A DNA stretch of 63,763 nucleotides, counting the filler, from Lama guanicoe (Eukaryota): NCBI GenBank assembly GCA_013239625.1. It is 207 parts of 207 records of this genome, joined end to end, with 100 filler letters (N's around TTAATTAATTAA, not from the genome) between each part and the next. Parts side by side here need not be neighbours in the genome. Positions count along the whole stretch, not along the records: positions 48,415 to 48,623 come from PNXV01035150.1; positions 48,724 to 48,932 come from PNXV01035151.1; positions 49,033 to 49,241 come from PNXV01035152.1; positions 49,342 to 49,550 come from PNXV01035153.1; positions 49,651 to 49,859 come from PNXV01035154.1; positions 49,960 to 50,168 come from PNXV01035155.1; positions 50,269 to 50,477 come from PNXV01035156.1; positions 50,578 to 50,786 come from PNXV01035157.1; 199 more parts are not named here. One strand, written 5' to 3'. Of this stretch, positions 48,315 to 61,391 are shown one piece after another. Both the position numbers and the translations under genes were made by a program. Position 1 is the first letter of the stretch, and every line of letters starts with the position of its first letter. Under the pieces are notes generated by a model. That model worked only from the letters and a program-made list of their open reading frames with translations. It searched no databases and had not been told where the DNA came from.

Positions 48315-50577
48315 NNNNNNNNNNNNNNNNNNNNNNNNNNNNNNNNNNNNNNNNNNNNTTAATTAATTAANNNNNNNNNNNNNNNNNNNNNNNNNNNNNN
48401 NNNNNNNNNNNNNNCAAGAGCTCCTGTTCTCACAGAAACCCTGGAGCTCATTCGCTTTCTGGCCGTGGGTGAGCTCTCAGGGGTGCGGCTCCGGGGTCGG
48501 CTCACTCCCCCGTGGCGTGTCCCGTGGACTGATTTTCAGGTGTGGGACTCCATCCAAACCCAGATTGTGAAAATGGCCCTCCTGGAGGATGAACGTACCT
48601 GGCAAACCCAGAGCTGGTGGCTTNNNNNNNNNNNNNNNNNNNNNNNNNNNNNNNNNNNNNNNNNNNNTTAATTAATTAANNNNNNNNNNNNNNNNNNNNN
48701 NNNNNNNNNNNNNNNNNNNNNNNCCCTATGGGTGGAGTGGCTTGAAGAGGACACATTTACGTTGAAATGCCCCGATTAAGGCACAAAAGAGGAGCAAACA
48801 CTCCTGGATCAAAATGCGCAGTTTATCTCACAGGCCAACAATGGCGAGTGGCATTTTGTATGTGGCGGGAGGGAAGGGAGGACGTAGGCAGGAGGGGTTT
48901 GCGTGTTCAGGTCGGATCAGGATCAGGAAGAANNNNNNNNNNNNNNNNNNNNNNNNNNNNNNNNNNNNNNNNNNNNTTAATTAATTAANNNNNNNNNNNN
49001 NNNNNNNNNNNNNNNNNNNNNNNNNNNNNNNNCATGTGCTTCCCTAATCATCTTATGCCCTGTCATTTGGATTATTTCAAAGTTACTTTAGTTTGTAGTG
49101 TATCTGAGTTTTCTTTAGCCTAATCTGATTTATCAGATTTAAGCAATCTTTGATCCCCAAATTCGAGTAAGCCTATTCAAGGGATACGTGGTTATGCGTA
49201 TAACAGGAAAAGACTAAGGCGAAACTGACAGAAGACACTCANNNNNNNNNNNNNNNNNNNNNNNNNNNNNNNNNNNNNNNNNNNNTTAATTAATTAANNN
49301 NNNNNNNNNNNNNNNNNNNNNNNNNNNNNNNNNNNNNNNNNGCACCCCTTGACTGACAGAACTAAGTTAAACAGTCACAAAGGGTCCCTGAAACACCCAG
49401 CCCGAGATGCGAGCCAGCAGCTGGGGCCAGGACAGGCCTCCCGAGCCAGGCGGAGGACAGGAGCAGCTTCACTGAGGCAGCCCCAGGGGACTGTAGGGGG
49501 CTACACACCATGGCTGGGAGGGGATACAGAACAGAACAACCTTGGTCCCCNNNNNNNNNNNNNNNNNNNNNNNNNNNNNNNNNNNNNNNNNNNNTTAATT
49601 AATTAANNNNNNNNNNNNNNNNNNNNNNNNNNNNNNNNNNNNNNNNNNNNTTATATCCATGATATGGAAGAAGTTGTCTGAAACCCATTTGCCAGAACTT
49701 GAATGATCCACAAGGCAGTTTAGTATGTTGAGGAGCTATACAAACAGGCTTCCCTGGGTTGTACTTTGGTTGAATGGGAAAAGTAAGGTAGGCTTTTTTT
49801 TTCAGACTTGTTAATGTTTCTCTACCAATATGGATTTATAAATGTTATCATTTTGTCAGNNNNNNNNNNNNNNNNNNNNNNNNNNNNNNNNNNNNNNNNN
49901 NNNTTAATTAATTAANNNNNNNNNNNNNNNNNNNNNNNNNNNNNNNNNNNNNNNNNNNNGAGGCAGACAATGCAGTGAGCAGTTAGTTTCACAGGTTTGG
50001 GTGTACTTTCCAGGCATCCCCTGGCTGGACTGGCCTTGTGACCTTACAGGTGAGGCAGGACCCCAGTCTTGACCGTGAGCTCTGTTGCTTTCTCTCTCTG
50101 AGCTTGAACAGGCCACATAACAGGTCTGAAATCAGGCTTCCCCATTTGTACAATAACGGGATGATCACNNNNNNNNNNNNNNNNNNNNNNNNNNNNNNNN
50201 NNNNNNNNNNNNTTAATTAATTAANNNNNNNNNNNNNNNNNNNNNNNNNNNNNNNNNNNNNNNNNNNNTTCAAACATGAGTGGACAAATCTTCAAGTGAT
50301 TCCAGCTCCCAGCCTTCATGCTGCCCCACCTGAAGCTGAGAGGAATACAGGCCAGCTGTCTTGGCCGCACTTTTCCTAAGTGTAGGTTGTGAACAAAATA
50401 AATGTTTACTTAAGCCGCTGTGCTTTGGGGGAGTTTGTTAAGGGAAAATAGATACATAGAATAGTGGATTTAAAAAGNNNNNNNNNNNNNNNNNNNNNNN
50501 NNNNNNNNNNNNNNNNNNNNNTTAATTAATTAANNNNNNNNNNNNNNNNNNNNNNNNNNNNNNNNNNNNNNNNNNNN

Positions 50578-50786
50578 TTTTTATTATTGCCTCTTTAGTG
50601 AGTATGAAATGGTGTCTCATTGTGGTATTAATTTTCATTTTCCAGTGATTAATGATATTGAGCATCTTTTTGTATGCTTATTGGCCATCTGTAGATCATC
50701 TTGGGAGAAATGTCTATTCAAATCTTTTTCTCAAATCTTTTGCTCATTTTTAAATTAGATTGTCTTTTTATTGTTGAGTTTAAGAC
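50578..50786 (-). mobile_element. L1 ORF2 3' fragment
   Basis: TGGTGTCTCATTGTGG...ATTAATGATATTGAGCATCTTTT...GAGAAATGTCTATTCAAATC. Confidence 0.9.
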
Positions 50787-51195
50787 NNNNNNNNNNNNNN
50801 NNNNNNNNNNNNNNNNNNNNNNNNNNNNNNTTAATTAATTAANNNNNNNNNNNNNNNNNNNNNNNNNNNNNNNNNNNNNNNNNNNNAATGTCACACATGT
50901 TCAGCAGTTCCCAAAACCAGACATTGGGTCGGCCTCACCATAAGCTGAGCCGGCTTCCGTGGGAGGTTTTTGTCTCTCCCGATAATCATTAAACCCAGCT
51001 AAGAACCTACCCATTGCTTGGGTGAGCACCGGTGTCTCCCTTGGTGTGACCAGAGGGTCGTGTTGCTGAGCGGTTGCTTTCTGTGCTTGCAGAGANNNNN
51101 NNNNNNNNNNNNNNNNNNNNNNNNNNNNNNNNNNNNNNNTTAATTAATTAANNNNNNNNNNNNNNNNNNNNNNNNNNNNNNNNNNNNNNNNNNNN

Positions 51196-51404
51196 TTAAA
51201 TATATAAATCAAATACTAATGGACATAAAGGGAGAAATTGATGGAAAGACAATCATAGTAGATTTTAACACCTCAGTAACGTTATTGGACAAATATTCCA
51301 GATAGAAAATCAATAAGGCAATGGAGGAACTAAATGACACAATATAACAGTTGGGCATGGTTGATATTTCAGGACATCATCCCCCCAAAACAGAATATAC
51401 TTTC
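51196..51404 (+). mobile_element. L1 ORF2 endonuclease-domain fragment
   Basis: KYINQILMDIKGEIDGKTIIVDFNT...KINKAMEELNDTI. Confidence 0.9.
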
Positions 51405-52514
51405 NNNNNNNNNNNNNNNNNNNNNNNNNNNNNNNNNNNNNNNNNNNNTTAATTAATTAANNNNNNNNNNNNNNNNNNNNNNNNNNNNNNNNNNNNNNNN
51501 NNNNTGACCTTTTCAAGGCCTTCACCCACCCGCACAGGGGTCTCAGGCTGACCGCCAGGAGGAGGGACAAGCTGGGTGGCTTCAGGTGGAATGGAACAAA
51601 ATGGCCCAAGTCAACTTCGCTTTACTTCAAATTACAGCTGTCAGGTCTGTGGTCCAGAGCAGGCAACACACACGGGACTGAACGGGGGCCCTGACGGGCA
51701 GACGATGGGGATGNNNNNNNNNNNNNNNNNNNNNNNNNNNNNNNNNNNNNNNNNNNNTTAATTAATTAANNNNNNNNNNNNNNNNNNNNNNNNNNNNNNN
51801 NNNNNNNNNNNNNATGAAAAGAAAGTGCAGATTGCAATGCTCAACTCATACAAAATATGTTTAAAATAGGGGCCAAAATGAAAAAATATGATATTATATA
51901 AAGAAAAAGAGATTAATATTAAAATAGGGTATTACACTCATTAAACTGCATATGGTAACAACACCATAGATCATAAGTATAAAATTAAATTTTAGTAGAC
52001 ATGAAAGAATTAATTCATTATANNNNNNNNNNNNNNNNNNNNNNNNNNNNNNNNNNNNNNNNNNNNTTAATTAATTAANNNNNNNNNNNNNNNNNNNNNN
52101 NNNNNNNNNNNNNNNNNNNNNNTTAACCTTAGCTGCTAATAATAATAATAATTCCAATTATTAACTCAAATTAAAAGAACCATCATCTTAGTAACGCTGA
52201 TTCATTGTTGCAGTTAGTTTTTATTGTTGTTATAAAAGGAACTTCAATTTTTTTCCATTTAAAATTTAAATTAGAGCCAATAAAGAATTCCCTGACTCTG
52301 CAGTCTGTTAAATACTGATTAGTATATGTAGNNNNNNNNNNNNNNNNNNNNNNNNNNNNNNNNNNNNNNNNNNNNTTAATTAATTAANNNNNNNNNNNNN
52401 NNNNNNNNNNNNNNNNNNNNNNNNNNNNNNNATTAAAAGAAAACAAAAGAACCTTTAGATGTATGAAAATATTTTAATGTCTATTTTAACATAATTGACT
52501 TTATAACAATGTAG

Positions 52515-52640
52515 TAAATAATAATAATTATTATATAATATATCATAATATAATATAATTATTGTATAATATATTAGAATAATATAATATTTAATTATTA
52601 TATATATAATATAATAATTATTATTATTAGTGTTATTACA
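52515..52640. repeat. AT-rich low-complexity (TAA/TA)n tract
   Basis: Direct reading. Confidence 0.9.
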
Positions 52641-53084
52641 NNNNNNNNNNNNNNNNNNNNNNNNNNNNNNNNNNNNNNNNNNNNTTAATTAATTAANNNN
52701 NNNNNNNNNNNNNNNNNNNNNNNNNNNNNNNNNNNNNNNNTAGATAAGTTATAATATGACCTTACAATAAGATACTGTATCTTAATATTAAAAAAAACTG
52801 TGCATGGACTCATTTTTAGAGAACTTCACTCTTTTTATCAAACTAACAAAGTCTAAAGTAAAAACATATTTTTATTTTTTTTTAATTGAAGTATAGTCCG
52901 TTTACAATGTCATGTTAATTTCTGGTGTACAGCATAGTGATTCAGTTATNNNNNNNNNNNNNNNNNNNNNNNNNNNNNNNNNNNNNNNNNNNNTTAATTA
53001 ATTAANNNNNNNNNNNNNNNNNNNNNNNNNNNNNNNNNNNNNNNNNNNNTTATAATGACCTATAATGAAAAGAATCGGAAAAAG

Positions 53085-53085
<1 letters not shown>

Positions 53086-53142
<57 letters not shown>
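53086..53142. repeat. (TA)n microsatellite within an L1 3' end
   Basis: Direct reading; flanked by L1 3'UTR motifs ATAATGAAAAGAAT and AACTGAATCAC. Confidence 0.9.
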
Positions 53143-53358
53143 AAACTGAATCACTTTACTGTATACCTGAAATGCTGTAAATCAACAATACTTCAATTTT
53201 AAAAATTTTAAAAAAATAGTGCTGGGACAACTGTTTACAGATACAAGTAAAAACTGGGNNNNNNNNNNNNNNNNNNNNNNNNNNNNNNNNNNNNNNNNNN
53301 NNTTAATTAATTAANNNNNNNNNNNNNNNNNNNNNNNNNNNNNNNNNNNNNNNNNNNN

Positions 53359-53566
53359 CTTCAAACCCTCACTAGGAAACAGACTGAGAAACCAGAGCAA
53401 TTGTTTCCCCTGCAACCCGTTCCCTTTGTGCAAGATAAATGAACTTCTCTCTACATGCTTAATTTTGAGGGGTAATTGTATGTGAGAGCCATCCTTCACG
53501 TAGCTTGTTGGGAACACAAAGTTTCTTTTCAGTTTCTAACTCCACTGCATACATATATATTGTGAG
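53359..53566 (+). repeat. ~248-bp tandem satellite monomer fragment (copy 3 of 5)
   Basis: CTAGGAAACAGACTGAGAAACCAG...CTGCAACCCGTTCCCTTTGTGC...GTTGGGAACACAAAG. Confidence 0.88.
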
Positions 53567-54102
53567 NNNNNNNNNNNNNNNNNNNNNNNNNNNNNNNNNN
53601 NNNNNNNNNNTTAATTAATTAANNNNNNNNNNNNNNNNNNNNNNNNNNNNNNNNNNNNNNNNNNNNGATGTGCCTTTTGTGGTTTTCTTCATGTGTCTTG
53701 TGCTTGCAGGTTAGGGAGCTTCATGCATCTGTAGGCTTACAGTTTCACAGTATTTGGGGGAAAACCCCTCAATTATCCTTTTACAAATACCTTTTCTGCC
53801 CCTCCCCCTCCTTCTTTAGGGACATCAGTTCCACCTGCATCAGGATGAGTATCTTTTTCTTATTGGTGGGGGGGGNNNNNNNNNNNNNNNNNNNNNNNNN
53901 NNNNNNNNNNNNNNNNNNNTTAATTAATTAANNNNNNNNNNNNNNNNNNNNNNNNNNNNNNNNNNNNNNNNNNNNCTACAGAAACTCCTCACTCAGGAAC
54001 CAAGAGACCCCCTCTGCACAGCAAATCATGTGTCTTGTGGCCATAGAGGCAGGCAAGTCAAACCAGCACCTAAAGGCAAACATGAACCACGTCTGAAGGA
54101 AT

Positions 54103-54134
54103 CCCGCCCCCTGGTGGCCATTCGACAAACTGCA
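54103..54134 (-). promoter_or_regulatory. CTCF binding site (core plus upstream module)
   Basis: Minus strand TGCAG-N9-TGGCCACCAGGGGGCGGG: near-consensus core with the upstream TGCAG module at the expected spacing. Confidence 0.7.
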
Positions 54135-55520
54135 TCACAGCCAGGTCTGACCTCCTCCTCCTCATAATAGCTGGAGAGATGATANNNNNNNNNNNNNNNN
54201 NNNNNNNNNNNNNNNNNNNNNNNNNNNNTTAATTAATTAANNNNNNNNNNNNNNNNNNNNNNNNNNNNNNNNNNNNNNNNNNNNTTTATACTGTTCAATA
54301 AAACCAGGAGCTCATAAAACTTCTCCAAAACAACATCATGCCCCTACCCCCAAATTTAGTAGGTGGTCTTTGTCTGATGGTCCCATTGTTTTGATATTAT
54401 CCTCTGGTTTTTATAATTTACAAGGGCTGTTTAATCATTTGACATACATTTCATGACATAAAAACATTAATATGTAAGCAAAGTTGATGAAATNNNNNNN
54501 NNNNNNNNNNNNNNNNNNNNNNNNNNNNNNNNNNNNNTTAATTAATTAANNNNNNNNNNNNNNNNNNNNNNNNNNNNNNNNNNNNNNNNNNNNACTATTG
54601 TTATTGACAATGTCTTGCTCTCAATTTCTAAAGGAAGGAAAAACAAAATATGCTATAGCTCTACAAGGACAGCCTTTGTGTATGTGCTCAAACATGAGCC
54701 AACAAAAATGACAGTCTCACTAAAAAACAAAACAAAACAAAACAAAAAAAAACAAAGCAACTAAGGATCGAAGAAAAAGGCAGTCATGTCCCAAAATGGA
54801 ATNNNNNNNNNNNNNNNNNNNNNNNNNNNNNNNNNNNNNNNNNNNNTTAATTAATTAANNNNNNNNNNNNNNNNNNNNNNNNNNNNNNNNNNNNNNNNNN
54901 NNTTTTGTTTTTGAAAAATACTGTCCTGGACTCTCCACTTTGGAATTGATGCCTATTATGATTCCATAACATCTAGGCCCAACTTTGCTTCAACCACTTT
55001 AGACATCCATGCCCAGCGCTCAGAAACCTGGACGTGTGGACACTTCTCCACCGCTGATGTCACGACCACACTGACTACACACAGCTTATCTGGGAGGGGA
55101 GTTCTCTGTCTNNNNNNNNNNNNNNNNNNNNNNNNNNNNNNNNNNNNNNNNNNNNTTAATTAATTAANNNNNNNNNNNNNNNNNNNNNNNNNNNNNNNNN
55201 NNNNNNNNNNNCCAGGAAGTGAATGTACATTGTTTAGAGGAAGTGCTGTTTCACTTGAGTCTAAACCCATGAAAAGAAATTATGAAAACTTCCTGCTATT
55301 CTGCTGATAGACTTATGAAAACAAGTTGAAAAGCCGATCTGTGGCATCTGTTAACTGACATTGACACTTTGATGTGTAGGACAGCTGTCAAGCCATTCCA
55401 TTTCCCTCTGCTTTTTTTTTNNNNNNNNNNNNNNNNNNNNNNNNNNNNNNNNNNNNNNNNNNNNTTAATTAATTAANNNNNNNNNNNNNNNNNNNNNNNN
55501 NNNNNNNNNNNNNNNNNNNN

Positions 55521-55729
55521 CTGCTATGAACATTGGGATGCATGTATCTTTTTGAATTAGAGTTCCCTTTGTATATATGCCCAGAAGTGGAATTGCTGGA
55601 TGATATGGTAACTCTTATTTTCAGTTTTTTGAGGAATCTCCAAACTGTTTTCCATAATGGCGGCACCAAACTACATTCCCACCAACACTGTAGGAGAGTT
55701 CCCTTTTCTCCACAGCCTCTCCAGCATTT
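55521..55729 (-). mobile_element. L1 ORF2 3' fragment, relatively young
   Basis: [17 protein letters not shown]. Confidence 0.93.
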
Positions 55730-56290
55730 NNNNNNNNNNNNNNNNNNNNNNNNNNNNNNNNNNNNNNNNNNNNTTAATTAATTAANNNNNNNNNNNNNNN
55801 NNNNNNNNNNNNNNNNNNNNNNNNNNNNNCTTTGCAAGCAGTGTCCTGAGGGGTCAAGTCTAGTCAGCTTCTGATAATAGCCACCACCCTCACCACCACA
55901 GCGACCAGGGTCATGGCCATCTGGGGTAACGCCCACATGACAGAACTCATAGCACAGAGCAGAGCCACACTTGCCTCACCATTTCCTAACCTCAGGGCCA
56001 TGCTTCTGTCATGTCCATCTTCGTAACTGTCTTTGTAANNNNNNNNNNNNNNNNNNNNNNNNNNNNNNNNNNNNNNNNNNNNTTAATTAATTAANNNNNN
56101 NNNNNNNNNNNNNNNNNNNNNNNNNNNNNNNNNNNNNNAAAAAAAATCATCACACTACAGGGGCTGCGTGCACCACAGCAGGACAAGTTTAGTCATGAAG
56201 TCTGCACTATCCTACTATCCTAGTGAGAAATGTTGAGTTTCTTTCTGAGTAACTTCGTATTGTCAAACTGATCAGTTGAGGTAATTAAGG

Positions 56291-56295
56291 AAAAA
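56291..56295 (-). terminator. RNA polymerase III terminator (T5)
   Basis: TTTTT on the minus strand, 5 nt after the tRNA 3' end. Confidence 0.75.
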
Positions 56296-56300
56296 CAACC

Positions 56301-56347
56301 CGTAGTCGGCAGGATTCGAACCTGCGCGGGGAAACCCCAATGGATTT
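56301..56347 (-). tRNA. tRNA-Ser (AGA or TGA), 3' half
   Basis: Minus strand AAATCCATTGGGGTTTCCCCGCGCAGGTTCGAATCCTGCCGACTACG: long variable arm, T-arm GTTCGAAT, acceptor 3' strand. The contig ends inside the anticodon. Confidence 0.95.
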
Positions 56348-57065
56348 NNNNNNNNNNNNNNNNNNNNNNNNNNNNNNNNNNNNNNNNNNNNTTAATTAAT
56401 TAANNNNNNNNNNNNNNNNNNNNNNNNNNNNNNNNNNNNNNNNNNNNACCAGAATATTTGACCAATGATAATATTTATTTTAGGAGGTTGGATAATATAG
56501 ACAAATTTCTTTGAGGTTATCATGATTTATTTTATGTATTTAAAATATAGATATTTTTGATTGACTTGGGCCTTTTTTTTACCCTAAGGGGAAAAAAAAA
56601 GAGGAGGAAATGGGTTAGGGTATAAACTAACACAGGAGATTCCATAAAACATGTTTNNNNNNNNNNNNNNNNNNNNNNNNNNNNNNNNNNNNNNNNNNNN
56701 TTAATTAATTAANNNNNNNNNNNNNNNNNNNNNNNNNNNNNNNNNNNNNNNNNNNNAGAAACTCTGCAGCACGGGAATTAGGAAACAGCCAGTCCGTCTG
56801 TGCCTAATGGGAATCTGAACCAACCAAGGATGGCCATCATTGCGGCCCCTAGGTTCATGAACATTATTTTCACCAACTGGTTCCATCAGTGGTTACCCTT
56901 CCTGACAAGGAAAATTGTCATTCCCCATCTCAGTAAGAACACACAAGACAGATACAAAGTTCCTGNNNNNNNNNNNNNNNNNNNNNNNNNNNNNNNNNNN
57001 NNNNNNNNNTTAATTAATTAANNNNNNNNNNNNNNNNNNNNNNNNNNNNNNNNNNNNNNNNNNNN

Positions 57066-57274
57066 CATGAGGGGAGACGATCGTTCATTCAGTACAAAGG
57101 GAACGGGTGGCAGGGGAAAAAATTACTCTGGTTTCTCAATCTGTTTCAAGTGCCGGATGGAAGTTCCTGGGGTTATAACAGTAAAACCTCGATGGAGAGT
57201 GTACCTCCCCATATATAAGTATGTACTGGAGTCAGGAACTGAAAGGAAACTTTGTGTTCCCTTCAAGCAAGTTC
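57066..57274 (-). repeat. ~248-bp tandem satellite fragment in a different register (copy 4 of 5)
   Basis: Minus strand runs GGGAACACAAAG...TTTTACTG...GAGAAACCAG...CCGTTCCCTTTGTAC, a circular permutation of the other copies. Confidence 0.85.
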
Positions 57275-57683
57275 NNNNNNNNNNNNNNNNNNNNNNNNNN
57301 NNNNNNNNNNNNNNNNNNTTAATTAATTAANNNNNNNNNNNNNNNNNNNNNNNNNNNNNNNNNNNNNNNNNNNNAACACAGGCTCTGTGAAGGCATGTCA
57401 GGGAGACCTACTCCTGCTTGCCCGGACAGAGGAGCTTTATTCAAGGTGAGGCCCGAAGAGGGGGCTGGCTTTGGGGAGGGAGTGTATGGAGGAGGGAGGA
57501 GACACGCTGAGCAGGAAGGAGGGTGAAGCATTAATGTCAAAGTGACCGATGCTTGGAGTAATCAGGCTGGTGGCAACCAGAAGNNNNNNNNNNNNNNNNN
57601 NNNNNNNNNNNNNNNNNNNNNNNNNNNTTAATTAATTAANNNNNNNNNNNNNNNNNNNNNNNNNNNNNNNNNNNNNNNNNNNN

Positions 57684-57892
<209 letters not shown>

Positions 57893-57992
57893 NNNNNNNN
57901 NNNNNNNNNNNNNNNNNNNNNNNNNNNNNNNNNNNNTTAATTAATTAANNNNNNNNNNNNNNNNNNNNNNNNNNNNNNNNNNNNNNNNNNNN

Positions 57993-58201
57993 ATAAATGA
58001 TGTGGTATTTTTCTTTCTCTTTCTGGCTCATTTCACTTAGTATGATGATCCTGGGTACATCCATGTTGCCGCAAATGGCGTTATTCTTTTTTATGGCTGA
58101 GTAATATTTCATCGTATAAATATACCACAGTTTCTTTATCCAGTCATCTGTCCATGGACCTTTAGGCTGCTTCCATCTTGGGTATTGTAAATAGTGCTGC
58201 T
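57993..58201 (-). mobile_element. L1 3' end fragment
   Basis: TTCACTTAGTATGATGATC...CATCCATGTTGC...TTTATGGCTGAGTAATAT...TTTATCCAGTCATCTGT. Confidence 0.92.
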
Positions 58202-58919
58202 NNNNNNNNNNNNNNNNNNNNNNNNNNNNNNNNNNNNNNNNNNNNTTAATTAATTAANNNNNNNNNNNNNNNNNNNNNNNNNNNNNNNNNNNNNNNNNNN
58301 NGGCTTCGAGCAGGTTATGCCATTGAGCAGAACCTGGTTCTCATTTGTGACGCGGAGGTGAAGATGCCTGCCCTCTGCACTTCACAGTTTTCTCCCGAGG
58401 ATCAAAATGCAAGGATTAAAGGCCCAAGCGTGGGGCTTCCTGGATCATGAGAAGTCAGAGACGGAAAACACGTGCTGGGGGTGGCCCTCAGGCTGCCAGC
58501 TTTTGCGTCANNNNNNNNNNNNNNNNNNNNNNNNNNNNNNNNNNNNNNNNNNNNTTAATTAATTAANNNNNNNNNNNNNNNNNNNNNNNNNNNNNNNNNN
58601 NNNNNNNNNNCCATCACCTCTCATAGTTACCATTTGTGTGTAGAGGGGTGAGAATGCTTGCAACCTACTCTTTTAGCAGATTTCAAGTATACAATACAGT
58701 ATTAATGATAGTCACCATGCTATAAAAATAAATAGGAAAATATATCAATGGTAAATGTTAAGTCATATAGCTTGATACACAAATAAAAATGCATTTCACA
58801 AACATGAGTTCTGGGACAGNNNNNNNNNNNNNNNNNNNNNNNNNNNNNNNNNNNNNNNNNNNNTTAATTAATTAANNNNNNNNNNNNNNNNNNNNNNNNN
58901 NNNNNNNNNNNNNNNNNNN

Positions 58920-59128
58920 CATTCTCTGACATAAATTTTAGCAATGTTCTCCTAGGACAGTCTACCCAGGTAATAGAAATAAGAGGAAAATTAAACAAAT
59001 GGGACTTAAACAAACTTATAGACTTTTGCACAGCAAAGGAAACCAAAAGCAAAACAAACAACCACCTACAGAATGAGAGAAAATATTCACAAATGATGTG
59101 ACTGACAAAGTTTAATTTCCAGAATATA
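58920..59128 (+). mobile_element. L1 ORF2 C-terminal fragment
   Basis: KLNKWDLNKLIDFCTAKET...PTE*EKIFTNDVTDK. Confidence 0.92.
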
Positions 59129-59228
59129 NNNNNNNNNNNNNNNNNNNNNNNNNNNNNNNNNNNNNNNNNNNNTTAATTAATTAANNNNNNNNNNNNNNNN
59201 NNNNNNNNNNNNNNNNNNNNNNNNNNNN

Positions 59229-59437
59229 CTGAGAAACCAGAGGAATTGTTCCTCCTGCAACCCGTTCCCTTTGTGCTAGATGAACGAACATCTCTCCATA
59301 TGCTCAGTTCTCAAAGTTAACCGTGTGTGAAAGCCATAGTTCACATAACTTGTTGGGAACACAAAGGTTCCCATCAGTTTCAAACTCCACTCCATACATA
59401 TTTAAGGGGAGCTACAAGCTCCATCACTGTTTTTAAG
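59229..59437 (+). repeat. ~248-bp tandem satellite monomer fragment (copy 5 of 5)
   Basis: CTGAGAAACCAG...CTGCAACCCGTTCCCTTTGTGCTAGATGAACGAAC...GTTGGGAACACAAAG. Confidence 0.88.
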
Positions 59438-59846
59438 NNNNNNNNNNNNNNNNNNNNNNNNNNNNNNNNNNNNNNNNNNNNTTAATTAATTAANNNNNNN
59501 NNNNNNNNNNNNNNNNNNNNNNNNNNNNNNNNNNNNNGCAACATAGATGGAGCTGGAGATTGTCATTCTAAGTGAAGTAAGCCAGAGAAAGAAAAATGCC
59601 ATTATGATATCAAAAGGACACAAATGAACTACTTATTATTTATAACTTAAGACGATTGATTTCTTGAACACGTATAAGCACATCTGACTGTCCTTTATGA
59701 TTGGATTACTGCATCCTGTTGATTCTTATTTTGTGGTTGGCTTTATNNNNNNNNNNNNNNNNNNNNNNNNNNNNNNNNNNNNNNNNNNNNTTAATTAATT
59801 AANNNNNNNNNNNNNNNNNNNNNNNNNNNNNNNNNNNNNNNNNNNN

Positions 59847-60055
59847 GAAAGGGTTGGTTTACTCTCCAAATGAACATTTATGCCGCCTCCCCCAGTCTCT
59901 GGGGGTCCATTTGCGGTGGTCCATTTCCACACAGACATTTTTATCAGGACCCCAGTGCCCCTCAAACAGGCCTTTCGGACAAAGCCTCTTTTAAGATGGC
60001 CCCAGAGCTATTCTGATGCTCTGTTTCTTCAACCACACTGCTTTGTATTCTCCCC
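59847..60055 (+). repeat. Bubble contig B1, near-identical to 61392-61600
   Basis: Five substitutions; the first and last 49 nt are identical. Confidence 0.95.
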
Positions 60056-60155
60056 NNNNNNNNNNNNNNNNNNNNNNNNNNNNNNNNNNNNNNNNNNNNT
60101 TAATTAATTAANNNNNNNNNNNNNNNNNNNNNNNNNNNNNNNNNNNNNNNNNNNN

Positions 60156-60227
60156 AACCCTAATTACCTCCCCACCCCCCACCAGAATTACCTTATTATC
60201 TCCCGGCCACCAAAAAAAAAAAAAAAA
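60156..60227 (+). mobile_element. Probable Vic-1-type SINE 3' tail with poly(A)
   Basis: AACCCTAATTACCTCCCCC...poly(A) resembles the recalled camelid SINE tail. A MIR piece follows at ~60280-60364. Confidence 0.5.
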
Positions 60228-60444
60228 GAAGTGGCCAAGAGCATAGGCTCAGGCTGGAACACCTGTGCTGGTTTCTCGCTTTTGACCTTGTAAAAGTCAC
60301 TTAGCCTCTGTGTTAATCAAGTTCCTCATCAATAAAATGGGGATAATAATAGTACCCACCTCGTNNNNNNNNNNNNNNNNNNNNNNNNNNNNNNNNNNNN
60401 NNNNNNNNTTAATTAATTAANNNNNNNNNNNNNNNNNNNNNNNN

Positions 60445-60653
60445 NNNNNNNNNNNNNNNNNNNNTTATATCTCTTAACACTCTCTTTTAGTTTCTTTAGT
60501 ACTTGATCACTCCTTTTTGGACATCTTGATCTAGTAGGCCATCAATGTCCAGTTCATTGATCATGGTTTCAGGGAAGTTCTCTTGTTTTAATTGGGAGTG
60601 GTTCCTCCGCTTGTTCATCTTGCTCATATCTCTGGCACTGTGGCCTATGGAGT
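60445..60653 (-). mobile_element. L1 5'UTR end and ORF1 start
   Basis: Minus strand MSKMNKRRNHSQLKQENFPETMINELDIDGLLDQDVQKGVIK resembles the laurasiatherian L1 ORF1p N-terminus. Confidence 0.7.
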
Positions 60654-61391
60654 ATCAGTTATCTATTGTGGTCNNNNNNNNNNNNNNNNNNNNNNNNNNN
60701 NNNNNNNNNNNNNNNNNTTAATTAATTAANNNNNNNNNNNNNNNNNNNNNNNNNNNNNNNNNNNNNNNNNNNNGAAGAACTGGTCCAGAAAAAGTGGTGA
60801 GAGACCCAAAATTCTTTGTGGAACGGCAACCTTACTCTTTCTTGAGACAATTATAGTCCTTTGAAAGAGTACTTTCCATTTAGCTGTGTAAAGTGTGGAC
60901 TTTATACCATATTTGTACCTTATACAATCTATTGGCATATGTTGAAAAAGCAATTAATCTTGAGAAATTTCCTGATTCAAAANNNNNNNNNNNNNNNNNN
61001 NNNNNNNNNNNNNNNNNNNNNNNNNNTTAATTAATTAANNNNNNNNNNNNNNNNNNNNNNNNNNNNNNNNNNNNNNNNNNNNTCTTTGGTGCCATCGATG
61101 AACCAACATGGACACATGATTATCAACCAAAGTTCACAGTTTACATGACGGTTCACTCCTGATGTACATTCTATGGGTTTTGACAAATGCACAGTGACGT
61201 GTAGCCACCACTAAGGTATCATAGAGAATAATTTCATCACCGTAAAAATCCCTTGTTCTCCATCTGTTCCTCCCTCCCTCCCTCCCTCTCCNNNNNNNNN
61301 NNNNNNNNNNNNNNNNNNNNNNNNNNNNNNNNNNNTTAATTAATTAANNNNNNNNNNNNNNNNNNNNNNNNNNNNNNNNNNNNNNNNNNNN

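Noticed and set aside
57067..57330. 87-aa ORF MRGDDRSFSTKG...
   Set aside because: Chance ORF on a satellite monomer, extended by Ns.
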